Assembly (NCBI GenBank): GCA_963837955.1
Contig: CAWIPH010000002.1
Location: 4,672,001-4,736,000 of the forward strand
Direction: 5' to 3'
DNA length: 64,000 nt
Origin: an uncultured Verrucomicrobiae bacterium
GTDB lineage: Bacteria > Verrucomicrobiota > Verrucomicrobiia > Chthoniobacterales > JAFAMB01
Within the stretch, counting starts at the first letter, position 1, and every line of letters begins with the position of its first letter. Below are positions 1 through 8,906 of this stretch, piece after piece. The notes beneath the pieces were generated by a model. That model did not search any database. It was given only the letters and a program-made list of their open reading frames with translations, and was not told the DNA's origin. The translations under genes and the position numbers were made by a program.

Positions 1-1193
1 CGGATTCCTGTACCAGGTAGCTCGAATTTGAAATCGCGCAGCACGCGCTCACAAACAGTGACTAAGGCACGGGCACCCGTCTTCTCCATCTCGGCTAGCC
101 TCGCTACCTCGCGCAGGGCGTCATCTTGAAACTCCAGATGAATCCCAAAGGCTTCAAAGGCGCGACGATATTGCCGAATCACACTACCCTCAGAGGTCTT
201 CAAGATCGCGAAGTAGTCATTCGCGTCCAGTTCCTCACAGACTACCCGCACGGGAAGGCGACCGACAAATTCGGGTTCTAATCCAAACTCAATGAAGTCT
301 CTCGTGTCAGCGGCATGAAAAATCTGCCCAGCTTCGAGTGGCGCCGGTTCCGCTCCAAACCCGATGCTAGCCTCACGCAAACGACGATCGACCTGTTCTC
401 GCAGCCGATCAAAAGCCCCACTGCAAATGAAAAGGATGTGACGTGTGTTAATGACTTCTTTTCTTGTTTTGCCCCGCTTCTGGAACTCGATAGCAGACTG
501 GATTTGCGACTGGATGTCCATCGGGTTGCGCAGCGGGACTTCCGTCTCTTCCATTAACTTGAGGAGTGTGGTCTGCACACCGCGCCCGCTTACGTCGCGG
601 CCAACCATTTTGCCGCTCGTCGCGAGTTTATCGATTTCGTCTACGTAAATAATTCCATACTGCGCCAAGGCATGATCGCCGTCTGCCCGTTGCACCAGCT
701 CGCGAACTAGATCGTCCACGTCTCCTCCGACGTAACCGGTCTCGCTGAATTTCGTCGCATCGGCTTTGACAAACGGGACGCCGATCAGCTCCGCGATGTG
801 CTTGACCAAATAAGTTTTGCCGACGCCGGTGGGCCCTAAAATCAGGACATTGCTTTTAATATATTCAATTGCTCCGGCGGCTTTCGGATCCTCTTTCTCG
901 AGGCGGCGAATCAAATTCACATGGTTATAGTGATCGCATACAGCGATCGCTAACGTCTTCTTTGCGTCGTCCTGCCGGATAACGAAGCGGTCAAGATGCG
1001 CTTTTACCTGCTTCGGGGTGAGTCGAAATTCGAGCGGGTCAAAATTCTCGACCGGCTGGACTTGAGGCTCTTCCTCGGTCGTCTCCGGTTGGGTGAACGC
1101 CGCCACGGACACCTTGTCGCCAAAGTTCGCCTTCATGAACTCCTGAATTTTTTTCTGTAGCTCTTGCGGCGACGGAAATGGTGTTTCTGCCAT
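1..1193 (-). CDS. clpX: ClpX-like AAA+ unfoldase lacking the N-terminal C4 zinc-binding domain; runs off the window edge (absent from ORF track)
   Basis: Manual translation from ATG at 1193: [15 protein letters not shown]...[23 protein letters not shown]; Walker [22 protein letters not shown] pore loop, Walker [22 protein letters not shown] loop (ASIGFG), [14 protein letters not shown]. Confidence 0.85.
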   Translation of the reverse strand, partial: MAETPFPSPQELQKKIQEFMKANFGDKVSVAAFTQPETTEEEPQVQPVENFDPLEFRLTPKQVKAHLDRFVIRQDDAKKTLAIAVCDHYNHVNLIRRLEKEDPKAAGAIEYIKSNVLILGPTGVGKTYLVKHIAELIGVPFVKADATKFSETGYVGGDVDDLVRELVQRADGDHALAQYGIIYVDEIDKLATSGKMVGRDVSGRGVQTTLLKLMEETEVPLRNPMDIQSQIQSAIEFQKRGKTRKEVINTRHILFICSGAFDRLREQVDRRLREASIGFGAEPAPLEAGQIFHAADTRDFIEFGLEPEFVGRLPVRVVCEELDANDYFAILKTSEGSVIRQYRRAFEAFGIHLEFQDDALREVARLAEMEKTGARALVTVCERVLRDFKFELPGTGI

Positions 1194-1198
1194 CGACA

Positions 1199-1227
1199 AT
1201 CATAAGCTGCCCGAATTCCCATCGCAA
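1199..1227 (-). promoter_or_regulatory. Putative sigma70 promoter for clpX-like gene (leaderless geometry)
   Basis: Minus strand TTGCGA-17 nt-TATGAT, ending 5 nt before the ATG. Confidence 0.55.
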
Positions 1228-1338
1228 GATGGCGCCATGAAGCCCACCGACGGGATGACCAATAGCCAATCACAATGAGCTGAACCTGACCTCAGTGAAT
1301 TTTGCGTTTCATACTAGATTCAAGCTAAGCTCAGCTTC

Positions 1339-1914
1339 ATGATGGTCTTCCCCCCTAGAGCCAAATGTTTCTATCCGGCGTTGCTCTTAATTTTTCTGGT
1401 CACGGCAGCCTTTGCCGATCAGAAAGGGAGTTTCCAGCTTCGGATTGCCGGGCTTGACCCCAACGGCGAAATTCCCAATGACTTTGTTTGGAACCAGTTC
1501 GGTTGCAAAGGAAAGAATCTATCCCCTGAGATTAGCTGGACCGGAATTCCAGGCGGGACAAAGAGCTTTGCTTTCGCTGTTTGGGATTCGGACGCTCCAA
1601 AATCGGGCGGTTTCTATCATTGGATGATCCTCAACATTCCAAATTCAGCCCGGGATCTTCCAGCCGGCACCGGCAATATTGAGAAGCGGATGACTCCGTC
1701 TGGAGCAGTACAGTTGAAAAACGATTATGGCGATCCTGGGTACGGGGGCCCGTGTCCGCCGGGACACCAGGTGCATCATTACCACTTTGTGCTTTATGCC
1801 CTCCGAGTCGAGCGGCTGCCGGTCGATCAAAGAACTCCTCCAGGAACCGCCGCGGCCCAACTCCAGAGCGAGATCTTGGCTAAGGCAGAAGTTGTTGGGA
1901 TCTACGGCCGGTGA
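1339..1914 (+). CDS. YbhB/YbcL family (PEBP/RKIP-like) exported protein
   Basis: Signal-peptide-like N-terminus; NLSPEISW, DSDAP, FYHW, YGGPCPP, HHYHF motifs. Confidence 0.9.
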   Translation: MMVFPPRAKCFYPALLLIFLVTAAFADQKGSFQLRIAGLDPNGEIPNDFVWNQFGCKGKNLSPEISWTGIPGGTKSFAFAVWDSDAPKSGGFYHWMILNIPNSARDLPAGTGNIEKRMTPSGAVQLKNDYGDPGYGGPCPPGHQVHHYHFVLYALRVERLPVDQRTPPGTAAAQLQSEILAKAEVVGIYGR

Positions 1915-2030
1915 GGGTTGCGGCCGGAACACCAAGCCGACGTGGTCGGATGCTGATCAGCCAGATCTTGCAAGTCCGACGAGAAATGTCCCCCAACGAA
2001 ACCCTGAGGCCCGCTCACGAAGCAATCGGC

Positions 2031-2210
2031 TCAGGCCTCGTCCTCGTACTCGGCTTGGGCACGCAACGAGTCTTTGATAAGTTGGATCACATAGTCATAT
2101 CGACTGAGACCGTTGATCAGGCGATGCAACTCCAGGCGTTCGGCGTCTTCCGGGTCTAGCGCCTCCCAGAGAGCATTGGTGTAGGCTTGGCTATCGAGCT
2201 TCGGGGACAT
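2031..2210 (-). CDS. Small 59-aa hypothetical protein with ribbon-helix-helix-like helix pair (absent from ORF track)
   Basis: MSPKLDSQAYTNALWEALDPEDAERLELHRLINGLSRYDYVIQLIKDSLRAQAEYEDEA*; LDPEDAERL...NGLSRYDYVIQLI resembles the CopG/RHH helix A-turn-helix B pattern. Confidence 0.55.
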   Translation of the reverse strand: MSPKLDSQAYTNALWEALDPEDAERLELHRLINGLSRYDYVIQLIKDSLRAQAEYEDEA

Positions 2211-2260
2211 AGTTCAGTCAACGGCAAAAAATCGCGGGGCTTTAGCTTGGATTTTTGCAC

Positions 2261-2600
2261 TAGGGAGACGCCTCCGCGTGTCCGTTTTGCCTCGTCGCCA
2301 ACTCTCGCCATTTTGCGCGCCACGAACGGACTCGCGGGTCGCCTGCGCAAGGTACGGCGCGCCTAGCGTTGAGTCTGAGAAACACCGTAGAACCGGCTAC
2401 GCCGACACGTCCGACGACGTGTCCGACGAAGCCTCCTCCGATGTTCGTACGATGACTTACGGTCGGCGAAGGCGGGCTTGTCCGCCATAGCCCGCCCGTC
2501 CCATCAAAGCCAATATGCTTACAATTTGGCGGCGGCGGAAAGCGTCAGCGAAGGAGGAAGTCCCGCGAATGCGGGACGTAGTCGGGAGCGCGTCCCTACC
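2261..2600. repeat. Cluster of nested palindromic (REP-like) elements
   Basis: Outer imperfect inverted pair TAGGGAGACGCCTCCG / CGGGAGCGCGTCCCTA; perfect internal stems GACACGTC/GACGTGTC (2404-2423), GGCGGGCT/AGCCCGCC (2471-2496), GTCCCGC/GCGGGAC (2560-2577). Confidence 0.65.
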
Positions 2601-2608
2601 GTGGACAT

Positions 2609-3373
2609 TTATCGCTCCGCTTTCTTTGCCTCGTCCCAGAGTTGATCCAATTCCTGCAAAGAAAGGGCGGAAAGCTGAATACCTCTTTCGATCGACAACG
2701 TTTCCATGGCCCGAATCCGTCGGGAAAACTTTTCGGTAGCCGCCCGTAATAAGTCCTCCGCGTCCAGCTTTCGCTTTCGAGCAAAATTTACGATAGAAAA
2801 CAAAAGATCGCCGAGTTCCTCCGAAAGTTGCTCCGAGCTTTGAGCGCCTTCAATTTCCGAAATTTCTTCACGGATCTTTGCTAGAACGTCTTGTGCCTCC
2901 GGCCAGTCAAACCCGGCGCGAGCAGCCTTTGCTTGCACCCTCTGGGCCTGGGCAAGTGCCGGCAATGTTCGAGGCACTCCGTCGAGGATCGATTTTCGCT
3001 CTTCTTTCTCGGAGCGCTTGATTGCGTCCCATTGGCGTAAAACAGCATCGCTGGTTGGGAGCTTGTTCTCGCCGAAAACATGCGGATGCCTGCGCACGAG
3101 TTTATCGGCGATCCTGTCGGCGACTTGATCAAATTGAAATCGGCCTTCTTCGCTCGCCATCTGCGCATGCAGAACTACCTGGAGCAAAAGGTCGCCAAGT
3201 TCCTCGAGAAGAGCGTCGTCATCCTGATCGTCGATGGCATCGATCAGTTCGTAGCACTCTTCGAGAAGGTGCGGCTTGAGCGTTGCGTGTGTCTGTTCGC
3301 GATCCCAAGGACAGCCATCTGGTGCCCGCAATTTGGAAACTATTTCCCGAAGGCGATCAATGGAAGAAGTCAT
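2609..3373 (-). CDS. mazG: Nucleoside triphosphate pyrophosphohydrolase MazG (two-domain)
   Basis: LRAPDGCPWDREQT, EECYEL, EELGDLLLQV, KLVRRHPHVF, second EELGDLLF motif. Confidence 0.95.
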   Translation of the reverse strand: MTSSIDRLREIVSKLRAPDGCPWDREQTHATLKPHLLEECYELIDAIDDQDDDALLEELGDLLLQVVLHAQMASEEGRFQFDQVADRIADKLVRRHPHVFGENKLPTSDAVLRQWDAIKRSEKEERKSILDGVPRTLPALAQAQRVQAKAARAGFDWPEAQDVLAKIREEISEIEGAQSSEQLSEELGDLLFSIVNFARKRKLDAEDLLRAATEKFSRRIRAMETLSIERGIQLSALSLQELDQLWDEAKKAER

Positions 3374-3390
3374 AGAAAAGTGAAGTAGCC

Positions 3391-3535
3391 TGATCCTCCT
3401 GGCTCAGGGAAATGTGATTGGTAAAAGGTGAATAGCGATTGGTGAAGTGTTGTCGCGCGATAATTTTCCATTTGACCCAGGCCGATCACCTCTCAATACC
3501 AATCACATTAGGACTGCGCTGAGGCCGGAGCATCA
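3391..3535. repeat. Long imperfect intergenic palindrome built from degenerate heptamers
   Basis: Perfect 13-bp inverted repeat AATGTGATTGGTA (3411-3423) / TACCAATCACATT (3497-3509) with further outer pairing. Confidence 0.65.
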
Positions 3536-3538
3536 GCA

Positions 3539-4381
3539 CTACTTGCCGTCCTGCTCGAGTAACTTCGCGCGCGCCCGCTCCAAAGTCTCCCGCTCCTTCG
3601 AAGTCAGACTCGCCAAGCCGTTCTTAGAGATTTTGTCGAGCAGCCGATCCATTTCGTTGAGATCAGGAGTCTGTTGATCACGACTGGAGGGCCGTGCAAA
3701 TGAGGAAGGACGCGCGACGACCTTAAATTTGGGTCGTCGCCAGAATTCGAACGGGTTGGGAATTCGCGGGAGTTCCCCGCCATACTGAAGGTAGCGGATG
3801 TATCCGAGCGAAGCTCCGCACACGAGCGTAACGACCAGCGCGCTTATCCAATCGCGCTGGTTCACACAAACCAATATCTGGATGGCATAAGAAATAATGC
3901 CGATCCACTTCAGGGGAAATATCCCGAACCATTGGAGATTCGGGTAAAGCGTGCAAAAGGCGACAAAGAACCCTATTGCGACCTGGAAGTCGCCGTAAAA
4001 CGAAGCGGATTGACCGGTCGCCAGCATCCAACCCGTCAGAACCGCAATCGGAGTCAGAAGCAGGATGCCATAGAGAACGAGAAAACGGGCGCGACCAATA
4101 TATTTTTCAACCTCGACCGCCGAAAAGTAGAGGAAAAAAAGTCCGAACAGAGTGAAGAACGAGGGCCGGTTGATAAATGTGCAAAAAAAGATTTGCCAGA
4201 TCTGACCGTGCAAGAAAGCCGTGGTGGGGAAAAAAATGAGGTTCGCCATCAGCGGTTCGAGGATCGTCGTCAGTACGATACCGACGGCGTAGGCGATCGT
4301 GAGAATCGTAGCACAGTAGATCGGATGGCCCCGAAAGTAGGAAACCGGCCGATCCTCATTAAAACTCGATAGCAACGCCAT
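3539..4381 (-). CDS. Rhomboid-superfamily membrane protein with DUF6576-like C-terminal domain; probably catalytically inactive
   Basis: About 6 TM segments, GQIWQ loop, EVEKYIGRARFL; tail EMDRLLDKISKNGLASLTSKERETL; no GxSG or catalytic His seen. Confidence 0.75.
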   Translation of the reverse strand: MALLSSFNEDRPVSYFRGHPIYCATILTIAYAVGIVLTTILEPLMANLIFFPTTAFLHGQIWQIFFCTFINRPSFFTLFGLFFLYFSAVEVEKYIGRARFLVLYGILLLTPIAVLTGWMLATGQSASFYGDFQVAIGFFVAFCTLYPNLQWFGIFPLKWIGIISYAIQILVCVNQRDWISALVVTLVCGASLGYIRYLQYGGELPRIPNPFEFWRRPKFKVVARPSSFARPSSRDQQTPDLNEMDRLLDKISKNGLASLTSKERETLERARAKLLEQDGK

Positions 4382-4497
4382 AATCCAAGAGACTGATTGC
4401 GTAATACCGTTGTTATCTTAAGGGAAAATTGTGGCAGCGGCAAGAAGAGCCCGCGGTTTGCTTCTCGTTCGGAGGAACGCTAGTCTGCCCAAGCGCA

Positions 4498-7400
4498 ATG
4501 GCACAATCGTTCGATGTTTCACGAGCCCGAAATGGGTCGTTCACCGCAAAGGCTCGTAATCTCGCCGCGCACACGCTACGACGACTTCCGTGGAGCAGGC
4601 GCACCAAGACAGACAACCGAAACCTGTTGCCGCTGTTAATTCAGGTGCTCGCCGGATTTTCCAAAGTCGACGGCCGAATTCTGGAAGAAGAAATCGACTC
4701 GAGTTTAGGTTTCCTTCGCTACGACTATCCCGAAGCGGTCTACTCCGAGCTTCGCCTGCTATTTCAAAAGGCTCTGAAAGAGCCTCAGGATCTTTCCGCG
4801 ATGGCGAAGCGTTTGGCTGAGGAATTAAGCCAAGACCGCAAAATCATGCTCGGCGTTCAGCTCTACGATTTGATCGCGAAGGCCGGGATGCAGCAAGAGC
4901 AAGTCATCGCGTACTATTCGTTCATGTCCCAACTGGGTATGGCCGCCCAGGCGATCGACATTGTCTACCAACTCAACGCGGCCGACCTTGCAGATACTTC
5001 TGTCTACCAAAAAGGAACTTCGCCGTTAGAGTCCGTTGTTTTCGGGGACAGCCCGACCATTGATGTGCCCCTTAAAGACCTGAAAGAGGGTGATCGGCTG
5101 ATGGCCTATCGTTACCATGAGCTGATCCTGTTCAAGAATCTGAGTTCTCGGCCGGTGGTAGTCCGAGGTCGAGCGTTGGCGCCGGGCGAATTCTGTCGCA
5201 TTTACCCTGGTCAGAGAATCATCGTCGGCGAACAAGTCATTACTCACCAGGATCTTGTCTTTTACTTCAACGCAAAAAAGAACGTTTCGCTTCCACACAT
5301 CTTCGTCACCGTCACTCAAAACGACGAAGTGCAACTCGAAAAGGCGAGAACTCGCGACAGCTGTCTCGAGGTGAAATTTGGCCTCAAAGTCCAAGTCGCG
5401 GCTCTCAAAAACGTGGGTGCCTCTCTCAACGGGACAGAATTGAAAGCTGGCATCACGGCCGTGGGCTCTCTGGAGGACCGGATCGTTTTCGAGAATTCTA
5501 GCGAGCTGCTGCTTTCCGATTTGCGACGGCGTGCTCGGGCGTTGGGCGGAAGGTTTCAGCTCAAGGCCTCGAAATCAAAGTACCTGGTATCGAACAACCC
5601 GGCGCTTTTGGAGGCGGACGATATCCTGCTGAGTCCCGGAACGGTCGGGGAAGTACTCCTCAAAATCACTTGTGATTACGATCATCTCGTCGGCACTCTG
5701 CAGGTCTTGCAGGCCGATCGCCCGATCATGGTCGGCGACGCGATCGTGCGCAATACTGCGCACCTGGTCGATGGCGATATCATCCGCATCGACACCGGTC
5801 AGGTACTCCGATGTGATTTTTCGGAACAAATCATTGAAGAGGAGCGTAACATCATCCGGCATCTCGAGGTTCGAGACGTCTCGCTTCGATTTTCCTCAGG
5901 AGATGTTGCTCTGGACGGAATCTCGCTTTCGGTCAGCCGCGGAGAAATGGTCTGCGTCATGGGGGCTAGCGGATCGGGCAAGAGCACCTTGCTAAAAGCG
6001 ATCTGTGGTCAAAATGAACCGACCAACGGTAGAGTTCTCCTGAACGGCCAATCCCTTTACGAAGATCGGGAGGCGTTGCGAGAATATGTCGCCTACATAC
6101 CCCAGGATGATGCTTTCGATGAACATCTGACGATCCTGGAGAACCTTGACTACGCCGCGGCCATTCGGTCTCCCCATCTTTCCGCCAAGGACCGCATGCG
6201 CAGGATCGACAGCAAACTTATCGAGCTCGGCCTTTCGGAGCGACGGGACAGCTTGGTTGGGACGCCGGTAAAGAAGTATTTGAGCGGCGGCGAACGCAAA
6301 CGCTTAAACATCGGCCTCGATATGATCAGCTCGGCCGACATCTACCTCTTCGACGAGCCGACCTCAGGCCTGTCGTCCAAGGATTCCGAGCATGTCATCG
6401 AGATTATTCGCGGCCTCTCTCATAACAAGATCGTCTTGGTCACCATCCATACCCCGACCTCGAAGATCTTTCAGATGTTTAGCAAGGCGGCTCTCTTGGA
6501 CAAGGGCGGCCGATTGGTCTTCTTCGGTACTCCGCAAGAGATGTTGCAATACTTTGCCTCCGCGGAACACCAGCAACATTTCGGCACGGAACTGGGTAGC
6601 TGTCCCTCCTGCGGAACCACTCGACCGGAATTTATCTTTGACGTCTTGGAAAGTCCGCTTCGTGATCTGAGCGGCGACGTCATTTACGAAGAGAATAGCA
6701 AAGGTCAGCTTGTCGCATCGCGCCGATATTCCCCTGATTATTGGCGGGATAAATACGAATCGTTTCGGTTGATCCAGGAAATGCGCCAGGTCCCCGTGGT
6801 GCACCAGACCGCAACAGCGCTCCCGATACCGGCCGCGCGCAAGGACCCGATCAGATGGAGGGACGAGTGGGTAAGGTTTACCACAGTCTTTAAGCGAGCA
6901 TTCATCAGCAAGCTCCGGAACCGGACCAACGTATGGATGACTCTTTTTGAAGCCCCGCTTCTGGCTGCGCTCATCGGCTTCGTCTTGCGTTACGCGGAAA
7001 ATACGCGTTACGACTTCGCGGCCGCATTTCACATTCCTACCTATCTCTTTCTCTCCTTGATTGTCGCTATGTTCCTCGGCCTGACCAATAGTGCCGATGA
7101 CATCATTCGAGACCGAACGATACTCCAGAGAGAGCGTAACCTAAACATCCACCTTCCTTACTACGTCGTTTCGAAATTCATCACCCTTGCGCTCTTTAGC
7201 TTGGCCCAATCGATTCTTTTCGTGCTGATCGGAAACACGATTCTCGAAATCCGTGGCATGTTCTGGCCGTATCTCTGGTTTGTCGGAACCACCGCGATCA
7301 GTGGAGTGGCTGGGGGTCTTCTCATTTCGTCAATAGTCGATGACGCCAAAACGGCTGCGAACATCGTCCCGCTCGTTCTGATTCCGCAAATTATCCTGGG

Positions 7401-8070
7401 TGGCGCTTTGATTAAGTACGAAGAGATGAACCGCAATCTTGATTTTTTTTACTTTTTCACCCGAGACCGAATCGCGAAGGCCCAGCAGGTTTCAGGAGAA
7501 GATATGAAGCCACAGAATGTCGAGGTGCCGCTGGTTTGCGAGTTCATTCCGACGCGTTGGGCCTATGAGGCGATCGTCGTGGCGCAGGGGAAACTCAACC
7601 CGTTTACCAAACGGCAAGATCTTCTCACGGAAAAGATTCAAGAGCTCGCCCACAAGCCGGACCTGTCGGAAGCCGAACAAAACCGTCTAGAAGACCTGAA
7701 GGTGGCTCTGGCTATACTCTCGGGTTTGGGAGGCAAGGATGTCGGTCAAATCAATTCGCGCTTGCACGAAATTGATCGAATTCTGGGCGGAAAAGATCTG
7801 AATGAAGGTCTGTTTGATCGTCAGGAGAACAAGATCACGGCCGAGGAGCTGTATCAGAACAAGAAGGTTACGGATATGCTCACCGATGCCCAGATGAAGC
7901 AAAGAGATTACACGTCGAAACCGCGCAATGTTTTTTTTGGACCGGAGAAGAGCTATTTCGGAGTGACGGTTAGCGTTTTGGTTTTCAACTCCCTGGTTAT
8001 TAACGCTTTCACCGGATTTTTCTTATTGTTGTTGTTAGGGCGCTTAAATCAGCAACTCAGAACAAGCTGA
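4498..8070 (+). CDS. Large fused ABC transporter (NBD + ABC-2/ABCG-type permease) with N-terminal TerB-like and FHA-like domains
   Basis: Walker A GASGSGKST, signature LSGGERKR, Walker B LFDEPT, H-loop VTIH, C-terminal TM helices; ATG 4498 preferred over GTG 4429. Confidence 0.85.
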   Translation: MAQSFDVSRARNGSFTAKARNLAAHTLRRLPWSRRTKTDNRNLLPLLIQVLAGFSKVDGRILEEEIDSSLGFLRYDYPEAVYSELRLLFQKALKEPQDLSAMAKRLAEELSQDRKIMLGVQLYDLIAKAGMQQEQVIAYYSFMSQLGMAAQAIDIVYQLNAADLADTSVYQKGTSPLESVVFGDSPTIDVPLKDLKEGDRLMAYRYHELILFKNLSSRPVVVRGRALAPGEFCRIYPGQRIIVGEQVITHQDLVFYFNAKKNVSLPHIFVTVTQNDEVQLEKARTRDSCLEVKFGLKVQVAALKNVGASLNGTELKAGITAVGSLEDRIVFENSSELLLSDLRRRARALGGRFQLKASKSKYLVSNNPALLEADDILLSPGTVGEVLLKITCDYDHLVGTLQVLQADRPIMVGDAIVRNTAHLVDGDIIRIDTGQVLRCDFSEQIIEEERNIIRHLEVRDVSLRFSSGDVALDGISLSVSRGEMVCVMGASGSGKSTLLKAICGQNEPTNGRVLLNGQSLYEDREALREYVAYIPQDDAFDEHLTILENLDYAAAIRSPHLSAKDRMRRIDSKLIELGLSERRDSLVGTPVKKYLSGGERKRLNIGLDMISSADIYLFDEPTSGLSSKDSEHVIEIIRGLSHNKIVLVTIHTPTSKIFQMFSKAALLDKGGRLVFFGTPQEMLQYFASAEHQQHFGTELGSCPSCGTTRPEFIFDVLESPLRDLSGDVIYEENSKGQLVASRRYSPDYWRDKYESFRLIQEMRQVPVVHQTATALPIPAARKDPIRWRDEWVRFTTVFKRAFISKLRNRTNVWMTLFEAPLLAALIGFVLRYAENTRYDFAAAFHIPTYLFLSLIVAMFLGLTNSADDIIRDRTILQRERNLNIHLPYYVVSKFITLALFSLAQSILFVLIGNTILEIRGMFWPYLWFVGTTAISGVAGGLLISSIVDDAKTAANIVPLVLIPQIILGGALIKYEEMNRNLDFFYFFTRDRIAKAQQVSGEDMKPQNVEVPLVCEFIPTRWAYEAIVVAQGKLNPFTKRQDLLTEKIQELAHKPDLSEAEQNRLEDLKVALAILSGLGGKDVGQINSRLHEIDRILGGKDLNEGLFDRQENKITAEELYQNKKVTDMLTDAQMKQRDYTSKPRNVFFGPEKSYFGVTVSVLVFNSLVINAFTGFFLLLLLGRLNQQLRTS

Positions 8071-8310
8071 CCATGACAGCTGGCGGAAGGGGGCCTGCAT
8101 CGCAAGGCCATGCAGGCGGCTTCTTTCGGACCCTAGCCGCCGGGTACTCAATCGCCACCTGGGTTTGAGGCCAGAGGCGACTGCGGCTAGAGGACTGATT
8201 TGCGTGCCACACGCCGCAATGCTGGCACGAATTGCTTCAAGCGTGCCTCGCTGCTGGGACAGTCGCCGCTACCATAGGTGCCGCCTCTATGCTATCCATA
8301 CCGGATTGTT

Positions 8311-8901
8311 ATGACACAGCGTCACGCCTCCCGTCGTCGTGCAACGACCGAAACTGCGGTCTCTATTGATTTGCAGATTGATGGAACCGGCGCCTCGACT
8401 ATTGAGACCGGCATTCCGTTTTTTGACCATATGCTGACGTTGCTCGCCAAACATAGTTTGTTCGATCTTCGCATCGAAACACGAGGCGACCTTGCCGTGG
8501 ACTTTCACCACACCGTCGAAGACACCGGCATTCTCCTTGGCCAGTGTCTCAATGAAGCTTTGGGAGAAAAGACAGGGATCCGACGCTACGGTTCTGCCCT
8601 CGTCCCGATGGATGAAACTTTAGCTCAGGTGGCTATCGACTTAAGCGGACGGCCGTTCCTCAGCTTTCGGACGGTCGAAGTAACCGGTCCGATCGGTAAC
8701 TTTGATTTCGACCTAATCGAAGAGTTCCTGCGCGCTTTCGCCAATCACGCGGCCCTGAATCTTCACGCTGAGATAAGGTATGGCCGAAACAGTCATCATA
8801 TGGCTGAGGCGATCTTCAAAGGACTTGCTAAATCGTTGGATCACGCTTGCCAGATAGATCCACGCGTGACCGGAGTGCCGAGTTCAAAAGGAACGTTATA
8901 G
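8311..8901 (+). CDS. hisB: Imidazoleglycerol-phosphate dehydratase
   Basis: RATTET, TGIPFFDHML, DFHHTVED, PMDE, NSHHMAEAIFK, PSSKGTL. Confidence 0.97.
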   Translation: MTQRHASRRRATTETAVSIDLQIDGTGASTIETGIPFFDHMLTLLAKHSLFDLRIETRGDLAVDFHHTVEDTGILLGQCLNEALGEKTGIRRYGSALVPMDETLAQVAIDLSGRPFLSFRTVEVTGPIGNFDFDLIEEFLRAFANHAALNLHAEIRYGRNSHHMAEAIFKGLAKSLDHACQIDPRVTGVPSSKGTL

Positions 8902-8906
8902 CTACC

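Noticed and set aside
1911..2159. Plus-strand 82-aa ORF after ybhB
   Set aside because: No recognisable motif; the antisense 59-aa ORF at 2031..2210 is more protein-like
6364..7032. Long antisense ORFs (also 47419..48096, 52552..53106, 56541..57083)
   Set aside because: Shadows of well-supported genes on the opposite strand, with no motifs of their own
8222..8236. Sigma54 promoter TGGCACGAATTGC upstream of hisB
   Set aside because: GG-to-GC spacing is 8 nt, not the required 10
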